Positions 37,540 to 45,939 of a DNA stretch of 64,000 nucleotides are shown here, piece after piece. The stretch spans positions 32,001 through 96,000 of IMG/VR virus record IMGVR_UViG_3300031455_000001; one strand, written 5' to 3'. How positions within the stretch are numbered: the first letter of the stretch is position 1; each line of letters opens with the position of its first letter. This DNA is from a virus. The notes under the pieces are model-generated. The model was not told the origin of the DNA. It saw only the letters and a program-made list of their open reading frames with translations, and made no database searches. The position numbers and the translations under genes are program-made.

Positions 37540-38658
37540 TCAAAACGGAAGGTCGTCTTCATCTTCTTCATCATCATCTACTTCAAATGGGTTAGAAGAC
37601 TTTTTATTCTTGCCACCAAATTCATTGGAATCATCTTCTACTAATTCATCTTTTACAAAGTCGTCTTCTGTATAAACTGCTTTATCCCATCCTTCGACAC
37701 CATTAACCTGCATCTCATTGATATAATTCGTCACAGTGTATGTCTCTGCATGTTTTGGTTTTTGCTTACCACCGAAATCCTTAAACAGATCATCGTCATC
37801 ATCTTCATCTGACTCAACCTCTGTTTTCAAAGCTTTATTCCAAGTTTCTCCATGCAAAGTTAAGACATCACCAAACTTAACCTTATCCTTGATGGTCGAC
37901 ACCATTTTCACCATGCCTTTGTCCGTCTCGCCATTTTCATCAACCCAACGGATAACCATTGTCGTATCATGCCAATCTTCTTTAAAGTCAATAATTCGAC
38001 CAGACAGATAAGCAACTGATTCTTTTTTATCAATATCGATTCCTAGATAAACAATATCTTGCTCAAAGTATGAAACCTCTTCAAATTTCTCATCTTCAAA
38101 ATCGATATCTTTAATCTTGAAGCATCGTTCAATAACGTATTGTTTTTGTTCTACTTCTTGACCTTGTTGATTAGTCCAACGGCTATAACGAATCTCGCCC
38201 TCAATAACAACACTGTCGTCATTAGTCAGGTTTTCATATATCTCTTGAATCGCTACATAATGTGGCAATCCTCTAGTAATCAATTTTCCTTTATCATCAA
38301 GATCAAACCCGATTCGTGACTGAATAACAGCCCAACCATCCTCACGAAGATCGTCTTCAGTTTCTTCCCAAGTTCCAAAAGGAATTTTTTTTCCTTTAAA
38401 GTTTTCATCTTTCTTCCTAAGCTCACTATTCCACATGAACACTTCTGTTGGCTCGTATTCAAAGCGTGTGACATTGATTCTATTTGTATCAGAAGTCTTT
38501 ACTCCAAAGCGAATGCTACGATATGTCTGACCTTGCCGATTGCCTTCCTTGGTTTGTTCCTCTTCTTTATAAGCACCTTGCTGATCAATACCAGCAACCT
38601 TACCAATTACTTTAAATTTGCTTTTTGATTGTACTAATTTTGCTTTTTCTTTTGCCAT
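37540..38658 (-). CDS. single-stranded DNA-binding protein (YorF-like)
   Basis: OB-like VVIEGEIRYSRW; acidic tail ending EDDLPF; next to Sak4-like ATPase. Confidence 0.8.
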   Translation of the reverse strand: MAKEKAKLVQSKSKFKVIGKVAGIDQQGAYKEEEQTKEGNRQGQTYRSIRFGVKTSDTNRINVTRFEYEPTEVFMWNSELRKKDENFKGKKIPFGTWEETEDDLREDGWAVIQSRIGFDLDDKGKLITRGLPHYVAIQEIYENLTNDDSVVIEGEIRYSRWTNQQGQEVEQKQYVIERCFKIKDIDFEDEKFEEVSYFEQDIVYLGIDIDKKESVAYLSGRIIDFKEDWHDTTMVIRWVDENGETDKGMVKMVSTIKDKVKFGDVLTLHGETWNKALKTEVESDEDDDDDLFKDFGGKQKPKHAETYTVTNYINEMQVNGVEGWDKAVYTEDDFVKDELVEDDSNEFGGKNKKSSNPFEVDDDEEDEDDLPF

Positions 38659-38788
38659 ATTACTAAATTCTCCCCCATTATACTATTATTTATAACACTT
38701 GCATAAAAAATTGGAGGAAAAAGAGTCTCACCTTTTCCCTCACTCAATATATTAAATTATACCATAATTATTGGTTTTTGTCAAATCG

Positions 38789-39163
38789 TTATATTACATA
38801 CTTTACAACATTCGTCAAAGGGTTGATCCTAAGATCATTGAAAATACTGTCCAGATTAACCTTTCCCTCTTCTACCGCCATTTTAACCATACTCATCTCA
38901 CTTACACTAAATCCTCTTTGGAAAGCGTTCTCAAAGCTTGCCTTGTAACCTTCTGTCTCACACATGATGATGAAAGCAGATAGCCCCATATCTACGGTCA
39001 TCATCTTATGCATTGCGTAATCGTGAAGATCGTCAAAAGCGAAATCATTCTTATTGTAAAACTGTATGTAAAACACTCTAAACTCTTCGAGTGTTCTAAT
39101 CACACTTAAAGCAAACTTTCTTGGTAATTCAAATTGCTCAATTAACTGGACGATTTTTTCCAT
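38789..39163 (-). CDS. hypothetical protein
   Basis: ORF track. Confidence 0.6.
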   Translation of the reverse strand: MEKIVQLIEQFELPRKFALSVIRTLEEFRVFYIQFYNKNDFAFDDLHDYAMHKMMTVDMGLSAFIIMCETEGYKASFENAFQRGFSVSEMSMVKMAVEEGKVNLDSIFNDLRINPLTNVVKYVI

Positions 39164-39223
39164 TAATGCATCTCTCCCCTATCAATGTAATATTATAGTA
39201 ACATAGGCAATAATATCTGTCTA

Positions 39224-39553
39224 CTACTTTTTTAATGGATATTTTTTTTTGAATATTTCCTTTTCTTTTTTAACTTTATCCACATCAACATCGATAATTT
39301 GGAAAAAATCGTTATAATTTAATCTTAACACTTCGGCTATAGCATGAGCGTACAGAAGTTTCCATGTCGCCCGATTAGATAGGAGGTTCATGAAACCCTT
39401 ATATGTCAAATCTAATCCGTAACGGTCTGTAATCCTCCTGTGTAGCTCTGTATAATCTACTCCTTGCTGATCCATGAACTGCTTTAATTTCACCTTGTCC
39501 AGCACCATATCCTTCTTATGGATTGTTGGTGTTCTGATCTTTTTCTCCTCCAT
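39224..39553 (-). CDS. XRE-like helix-turn-helix protein
   Basis: LKQFM...TELHRR...LL...AIAEVL...DFF helical pattern. Confidence 0.6.
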   Translation of the reverse strand: MEEKKIRTPTIHKKDMVLDKVKLKQFMDQQGVDYTELHRRITDRYGLDLTYKGFMNLLSNRATWKLLYAHAIAEVLRLNYNDFFQIIDVDVDKVKKEKEIFKKKYPLKK

Positions 39554-39559
39554 TTAATA

Positions 39560-40633
39560 TCATCCCTTCGTCCCATATGTCTTCTCGATGTTTTCAACAG
39601 TCACGATGCCTTTTAAATTATGATAAGAAGCAATATTAAATCTGTCTGCAATTATTTTTAATTCTACAATTGAAATTTCTGGTTTACCATCTGTTATAAA
39701 TTCTCTTGCCTGATGAATCATACCACTACGTTGAATATACTTTGCAGTTAGGTTGTCAATTTTCAAACTATCTGCAATTGTTTGTATTCTTCTATATACT
39801 ACGAATTTATCCACAGGTGCATTATGATTAATTGTCTTTGTTATGGACGCTCTGACTACATATTCATTCTTGACTAAGTCGTTAAAATTTCTGATATTAG
39901 ATATTTCTTCCATATCTCCATTTTTCTTAACGTATATACTCTTTTCAATAGCTCCTGCAATCAATGATAGCGTTCTGTCATCCACTTTTACAATTCTTTC
40001 AGTAAATCTAAGAGGCTTGCCATTGTCATCGTATTTTAAAGTGTTGAATAAGTGTAATTCCTTTTTATCCCAATCAATATCATTCTTAGTTAAGTTTCTT
40101 ATTTCACTCATTTGCTTACCACCAACACCCATAAATAGCAGACGGATAATTACTGAATCTTGATAATTTACACATGATTCTTCATATCTTATCAAGTCTT
40201 CATTTGTAAAATAAATTTCACTATTAGTTAGATATTTTTGGAAATCATTGGGTTTTAAGTTATAAAGTGGGTTAAACATTACATAGCCACTTTGAACACT
40301 CCAGTTGATATAACTTGAAATTATTCTGCTATAACTTTCAATTGTGTTTCGGTTATTCGCTTTAAATCCAAAAAGAATTACTTCAATTTCCTCTAATGTA
40401 AATTCTGAGAGGTCTTTCTCCAATAAAGACTCATTGGCATATGTTAAGCCAAATATTCTCAAGTAGCTTCTAGATGTTTCCTCTGATATGACATTAGAAC
40501 CGATCATGTAGCTTATAAAGTCCATTTTTCTTTCTTCTCTGTACAAAGGGTTGTTTTTCTCTACAATTGTCATCGTCACTATAACCACTCTCCTGCTTTG
40601 CGTTTTTTTATTGCCTAAATATATTATACCCAT
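39560..40633 (-). CDS. tyrosine-recombinase-fold protein, probably catalytically degenerate (SPbeta YopR/MrpR-like repressor)
   Basis: LLFMGVGGKQMSEIRNL..DID (box I lacking Arg), KYIQRSG (HxxR lacking His). Confidence 0.75.
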   Translation of the reverse strand: MGIIYLGNKKTQSRRVVIVTMTIVEKNNPLYREERKMDFISYMIGSNVISEETSRSYLRIFGLTYANESLLEKDLSEFTLEEIEVILFGFKANNRNTIESYSRIISSYINWSVQSGYVMFNPLYNLKPNDFQKYLTNSEIYFTNEDLIRYEESCVNYQDSVIIRLLFMGVGGKQMSEIRNLTKNDIDWDKKELHLFNTLKYDDNGKPLRFTERIVKVDDRTLSLIAGAIEKSIYVKKNGDMEEISNIRNFNDLVKNEYVVRASITKTINHNAPVDKFVVYRRIQTIADSLKIDNLTAKYIQRSGMIHQAREFITDGKPEISIVELKIIADRFNIASYHNLKGIVTVENIEKTYGTKG

Positions 40634-40917
40634 TATTTAATACATTTATTCCTCTTATATAAAAAATAATAGCATATTTTTTTTTATTAGTCAAAATTGA
40701 CTTGTCGAAATATGTCTATTGAGAAATTATGGGTAATCGACAATTTTATAAAACACTTCTGCGTCCACAGGGAGAATCTTAAAAGATCGTCAAATCTTTA
40801 AGATAACAGCATCAGTAACTATGTGTGTTTTGGTTTTAAATCACCTTTGTTGATATTATTATACTTACAACGTTCCTTGTATATATTTTATCACAAATAA
40901 TAGTATAAGTCAATAGC

Positions 40918-41352
40918 CTATAGTCCGAAAACCTTTAAATTTTCATCATAAATTGACCAGTCAAGTGTTTTATGACGATCTTTTATATGGTTCATCCATA
41001 CCGTAATAACTTTATTGTTGCTTAAACTGTAAACAACGTGAATATTATAACATCTGTTCACTATAGACTTCGATCTAAGAACTACTCTTTCTTGATATGT
41101 ATCCTCAAATTTCAATTTATCAATTTTATATTCAATAAGTTCTGAATTGTGAATTGCTGAGGTTAAATCTTTTTTCGTTATTTTAATTCCCTTTTCCAAT
41201 GATCTGATGAATGTATGATCTGTAAAGATCCATTCATCCTCTTTCACTTTTTTTAATCTGCTCCAAATAGATGAAGCTTCTTCCCTTGTCATCTGCGATC
41301 CATGCTTTCTTTTTCCTGCATATTTAGCAAGATCGTATTGCTTCACAATCAT
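40918..41352 (-). CDS. DUF4258-like protein (possible RelE-fold nuclease)
   Basis: FTDHT..R..EKGI...RVVLR...HVVYS...VITVW. Confidence 0.55.
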   Translation of the reverse strand: MIVKQYDLAKYAGKRKHGSQMTREEASSIWSRLKKVKEDEWIFTDHTFIRSLEKGIKITKKDLTSAIHNSELIEYKIDKLKFEDTYQERVVLRSKSIVNRCYNIHVVYSLSNNKVITVWMNHIKDRHKTLDWSIYDENLKVFGL

Positions 41353-41426
41353 TACAATACCTCCTATATCATTATTTTTTGTATTTAAGGGAGATTACGA
41401 ATGGTTGATGCAATCTCCCTCTGTGT

Positions 41427-41843
41427 TTAGCTTAACTCTTTTTCGCCTTGATTCTGTTCATTGCATAGCTCTTTAAACTTCTTCTCATCTCTATCTGTTA
41501 AAGCTTGATTAATTCTTTGTTGAGGAACTTCTTTAAGCACATGATTTAGCAGGCTTTCAACATCCTCATTTAAAACATATTCATTTTCCACTCCAAGATA
41601 TGGTTCTAACATTGCATCCGTAAACCTATGTAGTCTGTTGCTGTCAATTCCCAACTTGTAATACTTTCCATCCTCAATATCTACAATTGTGGCAGTCAGT
41701 CCACGATACTCTTTCATTCTGTGAGAGAATACCTCTGAAACATCGCTTTGATTATTTGAGTATTTCGCATTGACCACTAGAGAATTTTTCACGACTACAG
41801 ACTGACCTACTTTAAATTGAAGGTTATCATTTTTGCTCTCCAT
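41427..41843 (-). CDS. SH3-like N-domain plus C-terminal IDEAL-like domain
   Basis: FKVGQSVVVK...; RINQALTDRDEKKFKEL. Confidence 0.65.
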   Translation of the reverse strand: MESKNDNLQFKVGQSVVVKNSLVVNAKYSNNQSDVSEVFSHRMKEYRGLTATIVDIEDGKYYKLGIDSNRLHRFTDAMLEPYLGVENEYVLNEDVESLLNHVLKEVPQQRINQALTDRDEKKFKELCNEQNQGEKELS

Positions 41844-41865
41844 TCAAATCACTCCCTTATAGTTG

Positions 41866-42153
41866 TTATTCAATGCTCTCAACGATCGTTACTGTACCTT
41901 CAAATACACCAAATACGGTGTCAGCTTGGAATATGTATGTTTCTGCTTTATCATTTTCAGTCATCGGTCTTGTAAGATACCAGAGAGTATCATCTTTCCA
42001 CGTGACATTAACGAGTTTTTCACCAATAGGTAATTCATGTGTGTAACTACCACCAAAATTTCTAGACTTCCATTGATCGCAACCAGTTAAGGCAAGTACC
42101 GATGTTAAAATTAACACAATCATAAGGGTTTTAATCCTACTCATTAAAATCAC
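41866..42153 (-). CDS. lipoprotein
   Basis: Lipobox LTGC; conserved FGG...KLVNVTWK...WYLTRPM. Confidence 0.75.
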   Translation of the reverse strand: MILMSRIKTLMIVLILTSVLALTGCDQWKSRNFGGSYTHELPIGEKLVNVTWKDDTLWYLTRPMTENDKAETYIFQADTVFGVFEGTVTIVESIE

Positions 42154-42287
42154 CTCTTCGCAATTTATCTTTCACTTCTTTTCTATTATTCTTTTTCTTT
42201 TTATCTTCTTTGATTTTTGTAACAGGACTAATAGTTCCCCAATTATTCCGTGAATTAGTAATAGAACCGATTGTTTTCTTTTTCTTC

Positions 42288-43201
42288 TTAGCCATATTGC
42301 TCATCTTTTCTTCTATTCCAACTTGCTAAATGATAATTTACATAATGATCAAAAGATGGTATTGGGATAGCATTGCTTTCTCTGAGACATTCAACATATA
42401 ATAAATACCTGTGTCCGAAGTGGTTTAAAAGTTCGTCTGTAAGAATTATTTGAGTCATTGCCATCATCTCCTTTGTTGTGTTAAGTATATCATTATTTTT
42501 TGCATTAGTCAAGATCTTTTTTTGCTAAAAAACACTGAATATTTGTCCAAATCAATCCAATATGAAGGCATATTCTTGCTTCGAATTTTGATATTTTTTC
42601 CTTTATTGCAAAATCACTAACCCACTCATCATCAACTTTGATTTTATATGGATTCCATTTACTCATTAATCTTCACCTCACTTATTTAATATTATGGACA
42701 TTGTAGAAAAGTAACATTTTATCCAATTAGTTTTTGTACTACTTCTTGATGTGTAACTATCGTCAGTTCTACAATCGCCACAGGCTCATCACAACATAAT
42801 ATATAATTCCAACTACCATTACCTGTTACCATACTTCTAGCTTCGTGTTCTGCTTTTGATTTTGATTCAAATAGATGTGCCTGTGTAGGAGTTGGCGTAG
42901 AGTAAACATCCACATCATTACTTCCAACTTGCTCCATATATAAATATTGTTCATTTTCATCTATCAGTGCAAATCCTTTAATTTCCATTAATACCACTCC
43001 TTTTATAAAACGAGACTTTTATAAAGTTAATTCAAGCTTTCGTTTTTCAATCCAAAATTCGTTTCCATCATGAATATCATAAACCCTAACCATTTCTCCA
43101 TCTGTTTCAGATATTTTGACTTCATCAATGTGATAATATAAAGAGTTTTCACGCTCAAATTCTTTTCTAATTCTAAATGTTGGCTTCATAAATATCACCA
43201 C
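42288..43201 (-). CDS. small hypothetical genes (42288-42512, 42719-42997, 43019-43201)
   Basis: ORF track; stops of the last two lie inside family D sites. Confidence 0.55.
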
Positions 43202-43440
43202 CTGTTTAAAACAAGATTTTTATCCAATAGGCACTTTATTGTTCATATATATAAACATCATTATTACAACTGCAACCAATAGTTATTCCATCACTCTGTA
43301 CATGGCTGAATGTAAATCCACTATCTTTATAATCTCTATTTGTAGTGTCATCTCTTACTGTAACTTCTCTCCCACAATCATTACAGATTATTTTGAACCC
43401 TTCCATATTATCATCTCCCTGTATAAAATTAACTTTTTAA
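42705..43440. repeat. family D junction sites (42705, 43005, 43206, 43423)
   Basis: (A/T)(T/G)AAAA-N6-TTTTA(T/A), e.g. ATAAAA-CGAGAC-TTTTAT. Confidence 0.7.
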
Positions 43441-43781
43441 CCAATTCTTCATCTATGGGTTTATTGTATAACAGTTTAGTCGAGCTATTTTATTTTAATT
43501 AGTATTATTTCTTAGTTTCTGTATCTCTTTCACCATGTAATGATTAAAGCTACACTGACTTGTAAACGCAAGTATGACTCCAATAGTTAATCCAACCATA
43601 AATAAGACCATCCTATATCTCTCCTTTTATCTTGGTTTTCTCTTACCACATTCCTTGCACTTATAATCTGATGTCCTTGTCATACTCCAAACCCAATAAT
43701 GCCCTAATAAAATACACTTTAATTTCATGTATTTACTCCCTCCTATTTAGTTCAACTGCACTATATGTTCGAACCGTTTAG

Positions 43782-44066
43782 CTACTCGTATCCAATAATT
43801 TCGGTTCTTGTTCTTGTTTTCGGTTTAAGTTCCTTTGCTGTATAACCTTCACCATCGCAAACTTCGCATTTGACTTCTTTGTGCTTTATGTCTTGAACCC
43901 ATTCGCTATGTAGCAATCCTTGTGGGTATGTGTTATAACTAACAAACATTGCGCCTAAGCCTTTGCATTTCGGGCAAGCGAAAGGTTTGTTTTTCAAATC
44001 AATGATTTCACTTATTTTTAAATCTCCGTATCGATCCATTAACTGTTTTAAATCATGAATTTTCAT
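43782..44066 (-). CDS. DnaJ-type CxxCxGxG zinc-finger protein
   Basis: CPKCKGLG and CEVCDGEG. Confidence 0.7.
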   Translation of the reverse strand: MKIHDLKQLMDRYGDLKISEIIDLKNKPFACPKCKGLGAMFVSYNTYPQGLLHSEWVQDIKHKEVKCEVCDGEGYTAKELKPKTRTRTEIIGYE

Positions 44067-44117
44067 TTTATCCCTCCTGTTTTATTCTACTGTCCGACAG
44101 TTTATTCGAACGGTTTG

Positions 44118-44372
44118 TTAAATTCGTTTATTCCATGATGTAATTAATTCTTCTTCACTGTCAAAAAGAAAAGTCCCAACTATCCCACCATCCTCATAAT
44201 GGTTTGCAATAGGGCAATCTTTATTCTCTTTATTGTCGTGTACAATAGAATAAGACAAGCCACTCCAAGGGTTTAACTTATAATCTTCGTCCCTTAAATT
44301 TCCTTCATCGTCACTAACTTGAATTTTTGCTTTACCGCCACAAAAAGGACATGGTTTTAAATTTTCCATCAT
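44118..44372 (-). CDS. Lar-family restriction-alleviation-like protein
   Basis: LKPCPFCGG...WNKR. Confidence 0.7.
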   Translation of the reverse strand: MMENLKPCPFCGGKAKIQVSDDEGNLRDEDYKLNPWSGLSYSIVHDNKENKDCPIANHYEDGGIVGTFLFDSEEELITSWNKRI

Positions 44373-44385
44373 ATTTCACTCTCTT

Positions 44386-44685
44386 TCATTGTTTATTCGA
44401 ACAGTGAATGAAATCACTTACCTCTTTTATCTCTTTCACACAATGATTTACATCATACTCGATTCCTTCAAAAGTATTTGTTCGTTCAAATTCTGATTCG
44501 ATAATTGCTAAGAAGTAATAGTCCTCACTCTTGCCAGTTTTAATGTTATCAATTAAGGTGTGATCTAAATCGCAAAATATTTCTGTGCCTTTATGATCAT
44601 TGTCAACTTGAGTGAGGATTTCAATATCTTTTTCACCTTTTTCATCAAGATATATATGCCCTGATACTATTGCTTTGAACTCCAT
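44386..44685 (-). CDS. hypothetical acidic protein
   Basis: ORF with AGGAGG RBS. Confidence 0.65.
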   Translation of the reverse strand: MEFKAIVSGHIYLDEKGEKDIEILTQVDNDHKGTEIFCDLDHTLIDNIKTGKSEDYYFLAIIESEFERTNTFEGIEYDVNHCVKEIKEVSDFIHCSNKQ

Positions 44686-44734
44686 TTATATCTCCTCCTA
44701 TTTGGTTCAACTGTCAGGCTATTTATTCGGACGG

Positions 44735-44959
44735 TTAATCTATTTCAATATCTTTCGTTGCCTCTTTCACCTTATCTTCAAGAGAATGAAGTTCTTCATA
44801 TAGATCATCTAATGTATTTTCTATTGCTTTTTCAAACTTTCTCCAGGTCACACCATATACAGGTTTACTATTCACTTTTAAATCCAAAAACCAATTATTA
44901 ATTTTCTCTGTTTCGCTTTTTAGTCTTTGAACTTTCTCTATTGCCTTGTAAAGTTCCAT
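44735..44959 (-). CDS. hypothetical protein
   Basis: ORF bounded by family C sites. Confidence 0.65.
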   Translation of the reverse strand: MELYKAIEKVQRLKSETEKINNWFLDLKVNSKPVYGVTWRKFEKAIENTLDDLYEELHSLEDKVKEATKDIEID

Positions 44960-45010
44960 TTCTTATCTCCTTTCTACCGTTTGGTTCAACTGTCGGACTA
45001 TTAGTTCTAA

Positions 45011-45262
45011 CTAATCTTCAAACTTGCTGTAAGTCTTTTCAAAAATATCTGGTTTACAAGGGTAAAACTCACCGTTTACACCTTTGATAATATAGTCGCC
45101 AATATTAGCTGTCATAAGTCCCTTTAAAGTTTGTATGACAATAAAACCTTGTGATGGGTATGTTTCATACAAATCTTCAATAAATTCTTCTAAATCAACC
45201 CAATTGCTTCCTGTAAATTCAATGGCTTCGATTACTACAGCTTTCTTTTTAAATTTAGGCAT
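45011..45262 (-). CDS. conserved phage protein (PGDYG-like family)
   Basis: KKAVVIEA...TLKG.M.A..GDYIIKGVNGEFYPCKPDIFEKTY. Confidence 0.75.
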   Translation of the reverse strand: MPKFKKKAVVIEAIEFTGSNWVDLEEFIEDLYETYPSQGFIVIQTLKGLMTANIGDYIIKGVNGEFYPCKPDIFEKTYSKFED

Positions 45263-45311
45263 CGTAATTCCCTCCTTTTTGGTTCAAGTGTGCGATAGTT
45301 TATTCGAACGG

Positions 45312-45539
45312 CTAATCTTCATATATATCAAATTCATCTGCGTGATCTTCTAAAAAATCATTCAAATGATCCTCTAAACGCTCTGAAAATCTAATTAGAA
45401 AATCATCATTGTTTGTTACAGATAATACGATCTCCTCGATTTTTTCTTGTGGGACTTCAAAAGCTAAATTCCCTTGATTATTTTGCAATCCATCCTTAAC
45501 AATAGTTTCCATAGCTTCTCTTAAATTCATTTTTAACAC
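45312..45539 (-). CDS. hypothetical acidic protein
   Basis: ORF track. Confidence 0.6.
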   Translation of the reverse strand: MLKMNLREAMETIVKDGLQNNQGNLAFEVPQEKIEEIVLSVTNNDDFLIRFSERLEDHLNDFLEDHADEFDIYED

Positions 45540-45939
45540 TCCTTATTTTTATTGTTTGGTTCAATTGCAAAGTTGTGTATTATTTTTCAATAGGGTTTGC
45601 ACTATAGCTTTTTCTTTGCTACTGGTTGAAAGTTTACCTTCTACAAGAAAAACAATATCCATTCAGAACCTCCTCTCTAATATTTATTTTCCACTCGAAC
45701 GGTGTTTCAATAATCAACTGTATTTATTGATACTTTTATAAATATTATTATATCATTATTTATTGTCTTTGTATATAATTATTTTACTTTATATTAGCAA
45801 TAATTCGGGTGTTCTGTTATATGTTTTAATTTTGCTACACTCTATGATGCTAAGAAAGATTTGTGGCATATGTGTCCACTTCTATACCTTGTTCATTATT
45901 CTTTGTGTGAAATTGTTGAGCATCGAATCGCTCAACAAT

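Noticed and set aside
39560-40633. Active prophage integrase
   Set aside because: The catalytic Arg and both His positions are not conserved, and no att core is evident.
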